Origin: Actinomycetota bacterium
Lineage (GTDB): Bacteria > Actinomycetota > AC-67
Direction of reading: 5' to 3'
DNA length: 60,225 nucleotides
NCBI GenBank assembly: GCA_044866075.1
Contig: JBIOTQ010000046.1
Location: forward strand, 1 to 60,225
Position 1 is the stretch's first letter. Each line of letters starts with the position of its first letter. The notes beneath the pieces are model-generated. The model was given only the letters and a program-made list of their open reading frames with translations. It searched no databases and had not been told where the DNA came from. The position numbers and the translations under genes are program-made. Shown here piece by piece: positions 36,708 to 46,757 of this stretch.

Positions 36708-38783
36708 CTAGTCGATCTCGTGGGTGATGACGATACCGCGGCCCTCGCAGTTGGGGCAGGGCTCGCTGAACGCCTCGAGCAGACCCTCGGAGACCTTCTT
36801 GCGGGTCATCTCGACGAGGCCGAGCGACGAGACGTCGAACACTTGGCTGCGGGTCTTGTCGCGGCCCAGGGCTCGCTTCAGAGTCCGCAGGACCTGTTCG
36901 CGGTTCGAGGCGACGATCATGTCGATGAAATCGATCACGATGATGCCGCCGATGTCGCGCAGACGGAGCTGGCGCGCGACCTCCTCCGCCGCTTCGAGAT
37001 TGTTCTTGAACACGGTCTCCTCGAGCGAGCCTCCCTTGCCGACGAACTTGGATGTGTTCACGTCGATGACGGTCATCGCTTCTGTGCGATCGATGACGAT
37101 CGACCCGCCCGACGGCAGCCAGACCTTGCGCTCGAGCGCCTTCTGGATCTGCTCGGCGACGTGGTACTGCTCGAGGATCGGCAACGCGCCGTCGTAGAGC
37201 TCGAGGCGGTCGAGGAGGTCGGGTCCGGTCTCCTCGAGGTACGACCGCAGCTGTTCGTAGATCCGCTTCGAGTCGACGACCACCGTCGCGAAGTCGCCCG
37301 AGAAGATGTCGCGCGCGACGCGCATGACGAGCTCGGGCTCCGCGTACAGCAGCGCCGGCGCCTTCTCCTTACGCTGCTTCGCCTTGATCTCGTCCCATAT
37401 CTTCACGAGGCTGTCGAGGTCCCGTTTCAAGGCCTCGGCGCTCGCGCCTTCCGCGGCCGTGCGGACGATCACGCCGTGCCCGTTCGGACGGATCGACCGT
37501 AAGATTTGCCGCAGGCGCGCCCGTTCCTCCTCCGCCAAGCGGCGCGAGATCCCGGACAGTTGCTGCTCCGGCGCGAGCACCATGTACCTCCCGGCGAGCG
37601 AGATCTGCGCGGTCAAACGCGCGCCCTTCGTCCCGAGCGGATCCTTGGTGACCTGGACGAGCACGGCCTGGCCCGGTTTCAACATCTTCTCGATGCGCGG
37701 CATCGCTTCGCCCTCGAGATCCTCGGGCGAGTAGTTCACCTCGCCCGCGTACAACACGGCGTTGCGCCCCTTGCCGATGTCGACGAACGCGGCCTCCATC
37801 CCGGCGAGCACGTTCTGGACGCGGCCGAGATAGACGTTCCCGGCCATGGACTTGCCCTTGCCGTGCGCGACGAAGTGCTCGATGAGCGTCCGGCCCTCGA
37901 GCACGGCGATCTGCGTGCGGTCGCCGTGTTCGTGGATCACCATCAGCTTGTCGGATCCCCGGAGGCGCTTCGCGTCCTCCTCCGACAGGCGGCGCGGTCT
38001 GCGCCGGGGTCGTTGCTTGGCACGCTGCGCGCGCGCCTCCATCCGCGTCGAGCCTCGCGCGGCCGGCGCCTTCGCGGCCGGCTCCGCCGGCTCGGCGTCC
38101 TCCTCAGCCGTTCCTGCGATCGCGTCGCCGTCGGCGGTGGCGGCGGCCGGTTTCGCCCGGCCCTTCCCGCCGCGCCCTCGTCCGCCGCGACGGCGCCGGC
38201 GCTTCGGCTTGGGCGGACCGTCGGGTGCGGCACCCTCCGCCCCTTCGGCGATCATCGGCAGCTCGGTCGACGGCTCGTCGGCCTCCGCGGAGCGCACGAC
38301 GGGTCCGTCGATCTCGGGTGCCGCCGGCTCGCCGCTGTCCGTCGGCGGCTTGGAAGCCGCCGGCCGGGGTGTGCGCGGTTTCGCCGTCCCCGCCCGGGGA
38401 CGCGATTGGGCTGGACGCCGCTGCCGCGGCGCCGCAGGGCGCGCGGCCTTCGGCGCCGAAGCGGTGGCCTCGCCCTCATCGGGCGCGGCGGCTTCCCCGC
38501 CGTCGCCTCCGTTCTCGCCCGCGGCCTGCGTGCGCGGCGCGGTGCCCGGCTTACGGTGACGCCGTCCGCCGCGACGGCCGCGACGCCGCTTCGGACGCGG
38601 AGGCCCGTCGGCGGACGCCGTCGCGCCGGCTCCATCCCCCGCTGCGGTTTCGCCCGGCGATTCCTCGGGCGGTTTCGCCGCGCGCGGCGATCCGGTCGCC
38701 GCACCGCCGTCCTGCGAGCGCGCCGGCGACGGCGCGTCGTCCGCGCCCCGCCTCTCGCTCGCGTTATCGAAGTTCTCTTCCAC
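36708..38783 (-). CDS. rne: Ribonuclease E/G with a long disordered Arg/Pro/Ala-rich N-terminal region
   Basis: GTG start after GGGAAGGAG. S1 domain (GNVYLGRVQNVLAGMEAAFVDIG), catalytic core (VIDVNT, IIVIDFID) and Zn-link CPNCEGRG. Confidence 0.9.
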   Translation of the reverse strand: MEENFDNASERRGADDAPSPARSQDGGAATGSPRAAKPPEESPGETAAGDGAGATASADGPPRPKRRRGRRGGRRHRKPGTAPRTQAAGENGGDGGEAAAPDEGEATASAPKAARPAAPRQRRPAQSRPRAGTAKPRTPRPAASKPPTDSGEPAAPEIDGPVVRSAEADEPSTELPMIAEGAEGAAPDGPPKPKRRRRRGGRGRGGKGRAKPAAATADGDAIAGTAEEDAEPAEPAAKAPAARGSTRMEARAQRAKQRPRRRPRRLSEEDAKRLRGSDKLMVIHEHGDRTQIAVLEGRTLIEHFVAHGKGKSMAGNVYLGRVQNVLAGMEAAFVDIGKGRNAVLYAGEVNYSPEDLEGEAMPRIEKMLKPGQAVLVQVTKDPLGTKGARLTAQISLAGRYMVLAPEQQLSGISRRLAEEERARLRQILRSIRPNGHGVIVRTAAEGASAEALKRDLDSLVKIWDEIKAKQRKEKAPALLYAEPELVMRVARDIFSGDFATVVVDSKRIYEQLRSYLEETGPDLLDRLELYDGALPILEQYHVAEQIQKALERKVWLPSGGSIVIDRTEAMTVIDVNTSKFVGKGGSLEETVFKNNLEAAEEVARQLRLRDIGGIIVIDFIDMIVASNREQVLRTLKRALGRDKTRSQVFDVSSLGLVEMTRKKVSEGLLEAFSEPCPNCEGRGIVITHEID

Positions 38784-38805
38784 GTGGATCTCCTTCCCGC
38801 CGCCT

Positions 38806-39978
38806 CTACAGGCGGCGCATATGGATGTTGAGCAGGATCCCGGTCGCCAGGAACGACGCGATCAGCGACGAGCCGCCGTACGAGACGAACGGCAACGGGA
38901 TCCCGGTGATGGGCGAGATGCCCATCGTCATGCCCATGTTGACGAATCCCTGGAAGGCGAACATCGACACGATGCCCGCGGCCAGCAAGGTTCCGAAGTG
39001 GTCCTTCGCCATCATGGCGATGCGCACCCCACGCCACACGAAGAACCCAAAGATCGCGACGAAGAGTCCCGCTCCCAGGAAGCCCAGCTCCTCGCCGACG
39101 GCCGTGAAGATGAAGTCGGTGTGCTGCTCGGGGACGAAACGAAGATTTGTCTGCGTCCCGTTGAACAGACCGCGGCCGGTGAACTGACCCGACCCGATCG
39201 CGATCTTCGATTGCGCCAGGTTGTATCCCGTGCGCTGCGTGTCGCTCGCGGGATCGAGGAACGCGGTGAACCGTGCGACCTGATAGTCCTTCAACAGCCC
39301 GAGGTGCAGGATCCCCCAGAACGCGACGACACCGAGCATCGCCATCACGATGAGGAGGCGCATGCGCGTCCCCGCGACGAGCAGCATCCCGCCGAGGATG
39401 GCGAGCATCACGAGCAGCGTCCCGAGATCGGGTTGCATGTAGACGAAGAGCGCCGGGACGGCCACGAGCACGATGCACTTGAAGGCGTCGATCGTTCCCG
39501 GCGATCCCTTCCGCTCCGCCAGCACGGCGGCCAGCGTGATGATGAGGGCGAGCTTCGCGACCTCGGACGGCTGGATCTGGAAGATCCCGATCGCGATCCA
39601 TCGCTGCGCGCCGGCGACCTTCGTTCCGGCCGGACTGAGCACGCCAATGAGAAGGATCAACGCGACCGCGTACGCGAGCCACGCCCAGGCCTTGAGCTTC
39701 CGGTAGCTGAAGACCGCGAGCACGCCCATGGCGATAACGCCCACCGCGGCGAAGATCAGCTGCCTGTCCAGGTAGTAGCGGGGCGGCAGGCCGTTGTCCT
39801 CCAGCCGGGCGTACGTCGCCGAATAGACCATCAGCGCGCCGAACCCCGCGAGGATCAGGGAGAGGATAACCAGCGTCGGGTCGAGGTGACGGATCGGAGC
39901 CTTCTCCGACAGGCGCGCGGGCACGACGCGCTCGCGCCCGATGCGCTCGACGCGTCCGACGGAACCTTCGAGCGTCAT
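38806..39978 (-). CDS. rodA: SEDS-family peptidoglycan glycosyltransferase RodA
   Basis: ATG at 39978 (MTLEGSV...) overlaps the mrdA stop (TAATG). Multi-TM with motifs QPSEVAKL and PFVSYGGSS. Confidence 0.9.
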   Translation of the reverse strand: MTLEGSVGRVERIGRERVVPARLSEKAPIRHLDPTLVILSLILAGFGALMVYSATYARLEDNGLPPRYYLDRQLIFAAVGVIAMGVLAVFSYRKLKAWAWLAYAVALILLIGVLSPAGTKVAGAQRWIAIGIFQIQPSEVAKLALIITLAAVLAERKGSPGTIDAFKCIVLVAVPALFVYMQPDLGTLLVMLAILGGMLLVAGTRMRLLIVMAMLGVVAFWGILHLGLLKDYQVARFTAFLDPASDTQRTGYNLAQSKIAIGSGQFTGRGLFNGTQTNLRFVPEQHTDFIFTAVGEELGFLGAGLFVAIFGFFVWRGVRIAMMAKDHFGTLLAAGIVSMFAFQGFVNMGMTMGISPITGIPLPFVSYGGSSLIASFLATGILLNIHMRRL

Positions 39979-41954
39979 TAGTCGCTCCGCACCCCGAAGA
40001 CGACCGGCGTGAGCGGAAGATCGAAGAGCTTGTCCATGATCCGCCGCACGACCGGGCCCGATACCTGCGACCCGAACCCGGCTTGCTCGACGACCGACAC
40101 CACGACGTACTTCGGCTTGTCGGCCGGCGCGTACGCCGCGAACCACGAAAACGGCTGCTTTCCGGCGATCTCGGCCGACCCGGTCTTCGCGCCAACCGGG
40201 ATGCGCTCGAGCGGCCACCCCCGGAACGGGAAGACTGCGGTGCCGCGGAGCGCGACCTGGCGCAAAGCGTTCTGCAGGTAGCCGAAGCCGGCGCGGGGCA
40301 ACTTCACGCGCGAGATCACCTGCGTCCTGATCTGCTGGTCGACCGTGCCGTCGCTGTTCATGATCTTGTATCCGACGTGCGGGCGAAGGACCCGCCCGCC
40401 GTTCGCGACGGCCGCGTAGCCGACGGCCATCTGCAGCGGCGTGGCAAGCACGTCGCCCTGACCGATCGACATGTTGATCGCGTCGCCGCCCCGCCAGAGG
40501 TACCCGCGCTCGCACAGGTCCTCGTACAGCACGTCGTGAGTGCGTGTCGCGCGGTTGCACCAGCTCACCTTGTTGAGGTCGTAGATCTTCTGCTTGTACG
40601 CCCGGCCGGGGACGCGGCCGTCCTCTTCGTTCGGAAGGTCGATGCGCGTCGCGCGACCGAGGCCGTACCGCCGCGCCCAGTCCTGCATGACCTCGTAGAC
40701 CTTGCGGTCGGCGCGCTCGTCCCGCCGCTCCTTGAGCCACCAGTTCGCGGCCAGGCGGTAGAAGACCGTGTCGCACGACTCGACCAGTGCCTGCGCGAGC
40801 GTGATGTTGCCGCTGCCGCCTTTCCAGTTGTGGAAGATGCGATCGCCGAAGTCGAACGCCCCGGTGCACGGCAGCGTCGAGCCGGGCGACATCGCGCCGG
40901 TGGAGAGTGCCGCCGAGGCCATGAACGGCTTGAACGTCGACCCCGGCGGATACGAGGACTGCATCGCCCGGTTCAACAGCGGGAAGTGGTTGTCGGGGTC
41001 GTTGAGGAACTTGTAGTACTTCGGGTCCACGCCGCCGACGAACTTGCTCGGATCGAACGTGGGATTGCTCGCCATCGCGACGACCTCGCCGGTCTGCGCG
41101 TCCAGCACGACGACGCCGGCCGCCGGCGCCAGGAAATGCTCGCCGGTCTCGGCGAAGGTGCGGCTCTTGGCGCGCTCGATCCCGGCCGCCAGCGCTTGCT
41201 CGGCCACGGTCTGCACCCCCGCGTCGAGGGAGAGCATCACGTCGTGGCCGGGCTTCGCTTCTTGCGCGTTCAGCGTCCGCAGGACGATCCCTGAGGAATT
41301 CACCTCGAGCTTCTCGATGCCGGGATCGCCGCGCAGGTACTCCTCGTACGAACGCTCGACGCCGGTGCGTCCGATCGAGTCCCCGAGGCGGTAGCCCTTG
41401 GCCCGCAGCTTGTCGAGCTCGGACTCGTTCGTCTCACCGATGTAACCGAGGACGTGCGCCGCGAGGGTCCCCTTCGGGTACATGCGGACCGGCAGCATCA
41501 GCGTCTCCGCCCCCGGATAGCGCTCCGCGTGCTCGCGGATCTCGAAGACCGCTTCCTCGGACACGTCGGTCGCGACGATCGCCGGCCGGTACGGCGAGAC
41601 GCGCTTGTCGTTCAAGCGCCGGATGATCTCTTTGCTCCGGACCTTCAGCAGCTTCGCGAGCCTTTTCACGACACGGTTCCGAAGTGCCGTGTCGCGCAGG
41701 TCGTCGCGGCGTAGACCCACGGCCAGCGAGGGGCGGTTCTTCGCCAGCTCGACGCCGTTGCGATCGAGGATCCGTCCGCGCGGAGCCTCCAGCCAGACGA
41801 TGCGAACGCGGTTCGTCTCGGAGGCGTGCGCGTATCGCTCGCCGGTGAGCACCTGGAGGAACCAGAGACGCGAGAGCAACACGCTTAGCATCGCGAGAAC
41901 GATCACGCCGAGGATCGCCACGCGGAAGCGGACGCGCTCTTCGCTCGTGATCAT
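39978..41954 (-). CDS. mrdA: Penicillin-binding protein 2 (elongasome transpeptidase)
   Basis: ATG at 41954 (MITSEERVRFRV..., TM anchor). Active-site motifs STFKP, SNG-like and KTGSA. ATGA overlap with mreD. Confidence 0.9.
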   Translation of the reverse strand: MITSEERVRFRVAILGVIVLAMLSVLLSRLWFLQVLTGERYAHASETNRVRIVWLEAPRGRILDRNGVELAKNRPSLAVGLRRDDLRDTALRNRVVKRLAKLLKVRSKEIIRRLNDKRVSPYRPAIVATDVSEEAVFEIREHAERYPGAETLMLPVRMYPKGTLAAHVLGYIGETNESELDKLRAKGYRLGDSIGRTGVERSYEEYLRGDPGIEKLEVNSSGIVLRTLNAQEAKPGHDVMLSLDAGVQTVAEQALAAGIERAKSRTFAETGEHFLAPAAGVVVLDAQTGEVVAMASNPTFDPSKFVGGVDPKYYKFLNDPDNHFPLLNRAMQSSYPPGSTFKPFMASAALSTGAMSPGSTLPCTGAFDFGDRIFHNWKGGSGNITLAQALVESCDTVFYRLAANWWLKERRDERADRKVYEVMQDWARRYGLGRATRIDLPNEEDGRVPGRAYKQKIYDLNKVSWCNRATRTHDVLYEDLCERGYLWRGGDAINMSIGQGDVLATPLQMAVGYAAVANGGRVLRPHVGYKIMNSDGTVDQQIRTQVISRVKLPRAGFGYLQNALRQVALRGTAVFPFRGWPLERIPVGAKTGSAEIAGKQPFSWFAAYAPADKPKYVVVSVVEQAGFGSQVSGPVVRRIMDKLFDLPLTPVVFGVRSD

Positions 41955-42460
41955 CGGATCGCACTCGCCGGGCGCAGGCGCGACCCGAGGCCGCGCACGA
42001 GCGGATAGAGGAAGGGCGTCAGCAGCGCGCTGTAACAAGCCGCGAACACCGCGTGCAGCACGAGTGCGATGCCCCCGGCGGCCTCCTGCCCCAGCAACAG
42101 CGCGATGCCGCCGTACAGCAGCACGCCGGCGAACGTCGCCGTGAACTCCATCGCCACCGGAAGCCACGCGGTCGGGGTCTGCACCTGCGCCCGGATCGCG
42201 CCGACCGCGTACCCGATCACGGTGTACGTGATGGAGGTCAGTCCGGCGGGAAGGCCCGTCAGCAGATCGGTCGCAAGGCCCGCGGTGAAGCCGAACCCGG
42301 CGCCCAGAGCCGGCCCCTCGCCCATCGCCAGCGCGACGGTCATCAACAGGAGTAGTTGCGGTTTGGTTCCGCCGAGGGTGGCCTCGCCGAGGACGGACGT
42401 CTCGATCACCAGACCGGTCACGATCAGGAGGAAGAGAAGGAGCGTGCGGCGCCAGATCAT
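41951..42460 (-). CDS. mreD: Rod shape-determining protein MreD
   Basis: 169-aa polytopic membrane protein starting MIWRRTLLLFLLIV. ATGA overlaps on both sides, in the mreC/mrdA context. Confidence 0.8.
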   Translation of the reverse strand: MIWRRTLLLFLLIVTGLVIETSVLGEATLGGTKPQLLLLMTVALAMGEGPALGAGFGFTAGLATDLLTGLPAGLTSITYTVIGYAVGAIRAQVQTPTAWLPVAMEFTATFAGVLLYGGIALLLGQEAAGGIALVLHAVFAACYSALLTPFLYPLVRGLGSRLRPASAIR

Positions 42461-43299
42461 CGCTTCGCCTTCTGCGTCCCGGTCACGACCAACAAGTAGT
42501 CGAGACTCGTGAAGTCGACGAAGGGCCGGACCCAAGCCCGGCGGGCGAGCGACACGCCCTTCGGTTCGATGCGCGCGATCGTGCCGATCGGTATCCCGGC
42601 CGGGTAGACGCCGCCCTGGTACCCGGAGGTCGCGACGGTGTCGCCCACGGTGAGGGCCGCGTCCGAGTCGAACAGATCGAAGCGTAGCTCGTCGCCCGAG
42701 CGGCCCTCGAGCACGCCCGTCTCGCCGTTCGAGGAGACGCGCGCCGCGACGGCGCTCGACGGATCGATCAGAAGGAGCACGCGGGCCGTGTGGGGGCCGA
42801 CCGAGACGACGCGGCCGACGAGCCCTTGCCCGGCCACGACGGGCATGTCCTTGCGGACGCCGTCGCCCTGGCCGCGGTCGATGAAGACCGTCTGCTCGAA
42901 GTTCGAGGGCCCGACGCCGGTAACCCGGACCGTGATCGTCCTGAAATCGAACCTCTGCCCCAGTTGCAGGAGGCCGCGCAGGTCGGCGTTCTCCCGGAGG
43001 ATGTCGGCGACCTGCTGGCGCTCGTTCTGGAGCGTCGCGTTCTGCTCCTGGAGGAGCCGGACCTGCTCCTTCAGAGAGCCGACCTGGGTGAACCCGGCCA
43101 GGAAATCCCCGACCGGCCGCAGCGCCCGGGAGACGCCGTCCTGGATCGGGCCGATCACGCTCATGATGCCCCGCCCGATCGCGTCCAGGGGGCCGTCGCC
43201 CTCAGTGCGGAAATCGATCGTGACGAGCACGATCGCCGCGGAGAGCAGAACCGCGACCAGCAGCCGCGCGCGGCGCGTGCGGTCGAAGATCCTCATCAT
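42457..43299 (-). CDS. mreC: Rod shape-determining protein MreC
   Basis: TM anchor, coiled coil (LKEQVRLLQEQNATLQNERQQ), and C-terminal beta domains (GQGLVGRVVSVGPHTARVLLL). Confidence 0.88.
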   Translation of the reverse strand: MMRIFDRTRRARLLVAVLLSAAIVLVTIDFRTEGDGPLDAIGRGIMSVIGPIQDGVSRALRPVGDFLAGFTQVGSLKEQVRLLQEQNATLQNERQQVADILRENADLRGLLQLGQRFDFRTITVRVTGVGPSNFEQTVFIDRGQGDGVRKDMPVVAGQGLVGRVVSVGPHTARVLLLIDPSSAVAARVSSNGETGVLEGRSGDELRFDLFDSDAALTVGDTVATSGYQGGVYPAGIPIGTIARIEPKGVSLARRAWVRPFVDFTSLDYLLVVTGTQKAKR

Positions 43300-43470
43300 C
43301 GACCGGGATGGTCCCCCGGGACCTCGGCGCGGGTCGCGCGCCGCGAGGCCGGAGCGACCTCCCTCAAACCTCCTTCCGTCCGGCCAGCGCGCGGGGCGCG
43401 CACGACCGGATCTGTCCTGTGGACCGGGGGCCCATCGATTCGCTACTTCAGGCCCCCGGGCCCCTAAGTC

Positions 43471-44505
43471 TTAGTGGCGCGAGCTCGAGATCAGCACGCG
43501 CTTCAGCGCCTCGAACTCCTCGAGGCAGCGGCCCGACCCGATCGCGATACACGTGAGCGGCGAGTCGGTGATGTGGACCGGCATCCCGGTCTCGTGCTTC
43601 AGGCGCTCGTCGAGACCCTTCAGCAACGCGCCGCCGCCGGCCAGGACGATGCCCTTGTCCATGATGTCGGCCGAGAGCTCGGGCGGGGTCTTGTCGAGCG
43701 TGTTCTTGACCGCGTCGACGATCTGGTTCACCGGCTCCTCGATCGCACGGCGGATCTCCTCCGCCGCCACGATGATCGTCTTCGGTAGACCGGTGACGAG
43801 GTCGCGGCCACGGATCTCGGCGTGCGGTTCGTCGGGCATGGGGAAGGCGGATCCGATCGCCATCTTCATCTCTTCCGACGTCCGCTCACCGAGCACCATC
43901 GAGTATTCCTTCTTGATGAACTGGATGATGGACTCGTCGAGCTCGTCGCCGCCGATGCGGACCGACACGCTCGTGACGATCCCGCCGAGGGAGATCACCG
44001 CGACCTCGGTGGTGCCGCCGCCGATGTCGACGACCATGTTGCCGGTCGGCTCGTGGATCGGCAGCCCGGCCCCGATCGCCGCGGCCATCGGCTCCTCGAT
44101 GATGTAGGCGTTGCGGGCACCGGCGGCGATGGTCGCCTCCTCGACGGCGCGCTGCTCGACCCCTGTGATGCCGCTGGGGACGCACAGCACGACGCGGGGC
44201 TTGGCCAGCCAGCGCCGACGGTGCACCTTTTGGATGAAGTACCGGAGCATCTTCTCGGTTACGTCGAAGTCGGCGATGACCCCGTCCCGGAGGGGCCGGA
44301 CCGCCACGATGTGAGCGGGGGTCCGGCCGATCATGCGCTTCGCTTCGGACCCGACGGCGAGGATCGCGCCCGTCTTGGTGTTGATCGCGACGACCGACGG
44401 TTCGTTCAGCACGATCCCGCGACCGCGAACGTAGACGAGCGTGTTCGCGGTCCCGAGATCGATGGCCATGTCCCGGCCGAGGAATTGAAAACTGTTCCCA
44501 AACAT
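43471..44505 (-). CDS. mreB: Actin-like rod shape protein MreB
   Basis: ATG at 44505 ([26 protein letters not shown]). [10 protein letters not shown] and the full actin fold. Confidence 0.93.
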   Translation of the reverse strand: MFGNSFQFLGRDMAIDLGTANTLVYVRGRGIVLNEPSVVAINTKTGAILAVGSEAKRMIGRTPAHIVAVRPLRDGVIADFDVTEKMLRYFIQKVHRRRWLAKPRVVLCVPSGITGVEQRAVEEATIAAGARNAYIIEEPMAAAIGAGLPIHEPTGNMVVDIGGGTTEVAVISLGGIVTSVSVRIGGDELDESIIQFIKKEYSMVLGERTSEEMKMAIGSAFPMPDEPHAEIRGRDLVTGLPKTIIVAAEEIRRAIEEPVNQIVDAVKNTLDKTPPELSADIMDKGIVLAGGGALLKGLDERLKHETGMPVHITDSPLTCIAIGSGRCLEEFEALKRVLISSSRH

Positions 44506-44623
44506 GAGATAGGGTTCCGATCCGACCGGCCTGACGGAATCGAATGACACGAACCGGCCGGATGACGCGCCGCATCTTAGCATCGGGATCGAGACCGACA
44601 AAAAGCCTGTTGGGGGTCAAGCT

Positions 44624-45598
44624 GTGAACCACCCACGCCGCCGCCGGCATCCCTCCCGTCCCGTCCTCGCCCTCATCGCGGCGGTCGCCGTCGTGGCGAC
44701 CGTGAGTCCGGCTCTCGCGACCCGGGTTCAAGAGAAGGACTTCAACCTCGACATCGCGCGCCGGGTCGAGGCGACCCTCAGAAAGGCGAGGGTCCGCGTC
44801 GTCATGACCCGGACGACCGACACGACCGTCTCGCTCGCCTCGCGGGCGGCGCGGGCGAACAACCGCCGGGTCGACGCGTTCGTCTCGATCCACAACAACG
44901 GCTCGCGCGACCACACCCGGCACGGGACGGAGGTCTACCGGTCGATCAGGGGAGGCGAGTCGACGACGCTCGGCGCGGCCTTGCGCGATGAGCTCGTCCG
45001 GTCTCCAGGCCTGCCGACCACCCTGCACGCCCGGCGCGGCGACCACGGTGACTACTACTTCGTCCTCCGCAACACGACGATGCCGGCGGCGATCGTCGAG
45101 GGCGCGTACGTGTCGAACCGATCCGACGCTCGGAGGCTCGCCAGCGCGTCCTTCCGGCAGGCGATCGCGGAGTCGATCGCGCGCGGGATCCTGGCGTTCC
45201 AGCGGACGCTCGTCGCGCGCCCTCTGCCGTCGACCGCATCACCTAACAGGATCGTGCTGCGGTCGATGGCGACGCCGTCTGACGTCGCCGGCAAAGCGAT
45301 CAACGCGCGCACCGTGGATCTGTCGTGGACGGCGGGCGGCGCGCCGGCGTACCACGTGTACCGCGACGGCGTGTTGCTCGGGACTGTGGGGAACAACGGC
45401 ACGTCGCGCCTGACGTTCTCCGACGTGTGGGCGGCGCCCGGTCAGACCTACGGCTACGAGATCGCCGGGACGTTGGGCGGCGACCGCAACGCGGTGGAGT
45501 CACCGCCGGCGAGGTTGTCCGTCGCAACGCCGCCGATCGTCGTCGCGCTCGATGCCGGCCACGGCGGCAAGGATCCGGGCGCGATCGGCAGCTCCTGA
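44624..45598 (+). CDS. Secreted N-acetylmuramoyl-L-alanine amidase (Amidase_3) with FN3-like domain; domain order looks permuted or rearranged
   Basis: After the signal peptide the Amidase_3 domain begins at EKDFNLDIARRV and lacks the usual leading DxGHGGxDPG strand. It continues through SIHNN and LRNTTMPAAIVEGAYVSN. An FN3-like module follows (VDLSWTAGG...YHVYRDG...YGYEIAG), and the ORF ends with IVVALDAGHGGKDPGAIGSS-stop. Confidence 0.7.
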   Translation: MNHPRRRRHPSRPVLALIAAVAVVATVSPALATRVQEKDFNLDIARRVEATLRKARVRVVMTRTTDTTVSLASRAARANNRRVDAFVSIHNNGSRDHTRHGTEVYRSIRGGESTTLGAALRDELVRSPGLPTTLHARRGDHGDYYFVLRNTTMPAAIVEGAYVSNRSDARRLASASFRQAIAESIARGILAFQRTLVARPLPSTASPNRIVLRSMATPSDVAGKAINARTVDLSWTAGGAPAYHVYRDGVLLGTVGNNGTSRLTFSDVWAAPGQTYGYEIAGTLGGDRNAVESPPARLSVATPPIVVALDAGHGGKDPGAIGSS

Positions 45599-45605
45599 CT
45601 CTCTT

Positions 45606-46307
45606 TTAGAGAGCGCCCGCCTCGCGCAAGCTCGACCATCCGCCGGCCGCGACGATCACGTGATCGACGAGCTCGATCCCCAATACGTCCGCCGCTTGCG
45701 CGAGCCGTCGCGTGATCGCCCGATCGTCGGGTGAGGGTTCCGCGTCGCCCGACGGATGGTTGTGCGCGACGAGCACGGCGGCGACGCCGGGTACGCGGAG
45801 CGCCGCGGCGAAGACCTCGCGCGGCTCCATCGGCGCGTGGGAGATCCCGCCGACCCCGACCACCGTCTCCCGGATCACGCGGTGCCGCCGATCGAGGAGC
45901 AGGACCACGGACTCCTCCCTTTCGAGGTGCGCCAGGCGGGGTGCCAGAAGGGCCGCGGCGCCGGCCGGACTGAGGATCTGCGGCCGGTCGGCCCCCAGGG
46001 CCCGGGAGGCGCGTCGTCCCAGCTCAAGGGCCGCAACGATCTCGGCCGCTGTGGCCGGGCCGAGGCCGGGCAAGGCGGCCAGCTCGGCCGCGGTCAGGCG
46101 GGCGATCGCGCCGAGGCTCCCGGTCGCGGCCAGCAAGCCCGCGGCGACGTCGAGCACGCCCGTCCCCGCCGAACCCGTTCGGATCAGGAGCGCCAGGAGC
46201 TCCGCGTCGGACAGCGCGGCCGGGCCGAGCGCGGTGAGGCGCTCGCGCGGACGATCGGTCGGTGGTCTCTCGGAGACGCGGACGGGGGCGGGCCCCCGCG
46301 CCGTCAC
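45606..46307 (-). CDS. radC: RadC-family JAB/MPN domain protein
   Basis: HhH N-terminal region. JAMM motif VAHNHPSGDAEPSPDD. GTGA overlap with the ndk stop. Confidence 0.88.
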   Translation of the reverse strand: MTARGPAPVRVSERPPTDRPRERLTALGPAALSDAELLALLIRTGSAGTGVLDVAAGLLAATGSLGAIARLTAAELAALPGLGPATAAEIVAALELGRRASRALGADRPQILSPAGAAALLAPRLAHLEREESVVLLLDRRHRVIRETVVGVGGISHAPMEPREVFAAALRVPGVAAVLVAHNHPSGDAEPSPDDRAITRRLAQAADVLGIELVDHVIVAAGGWSSLREAGAL

Positions 46308-46717
46308 GTGAGATCTGGGAAGAAGAGAGCCAGCTCGCGCTTCGCGGACTCAGGAGAGTCGGAGCCGTGCACGATGTTCTCGGTCAGCTCGATCGCGAGA
46401 TCGCCGCGGATCGTGCCGGTCGCCGCCTTCTTGGGGTCGGTCGCACCCATGATCGTGCGCACGACGCCGATCGCTTCGTCGCCCTCGATCGCCATCGCGA
46501 CGAGCGGTCCGCCGGTGATGAACGAGACGAGGTCATCGAAGAAACCTTTGCCGACGTGTTCCTCGTAGTGCTTCGTCGCCATCTCCTTGTCCATCTGTAC
46601 CATGCGCACGGCGACGATCGTCAGGCCCTTCGCCTCGAGCCGGCGGATGACTTCCCCGACCAAGCGGCGGCGCACGCCGTCGGGCTTCACGAGCACGAGC
46701 GTTCGGTCAGTGGCCAT
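46304..46717 (-). CDS. ndk: Nucleoside diphosphate kinase
   Basis: RTLVLVKPDGV and NIVHGSDS (active-site His). Confidence 0.95.
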   Translation of the reverse strand: MATDRTLVLVKPDGVRRRLVGEVIRRLEAKGLTIVAVRMVQMDKEMATKHYEEHVGKGFFDDLVSFITGGPLVAMAIEGDEAIGVVRTIMGATDPKKAATGTIRGDLAIELTENIVHGSDSPESAKRELALFFPDLT

Positions 46718-46757
46718 CGATCCTCCGCGTCCGATTCCGGGCCAGTATAGGCCGCCG

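Noticed and set aside
35979-37502. 507-aa plus-strand ORF, plus similar ORFs at 37506-38831 and 38252-40195
   Set aside because: They overlap rplU, rne and rodA in other frames or on the other strand. Their compositions are Arg/Leu/Asp or Arg/Pro-rich with no recognisable domains.
37950-38783. Repetitive-looking DNA that might be a tandem repeat or CRISPR-like array
   Set aside because: It encodes the disordered Arg/Pro/Ala/Gly-rich N-terminal region of RNase E. The repeats are degenerate low-complexity coding sequence with no repeat-spacer periodicity.
43300-43470. 170-nt G/C-rich mreB-mreC spacer with CCCGGG-type palindromes as a possible regulatory RNA
   Set aside because: It has only short, imperfect palindromes, and I could not define a convincing stem-loop or a repeat elsewhere in the window.
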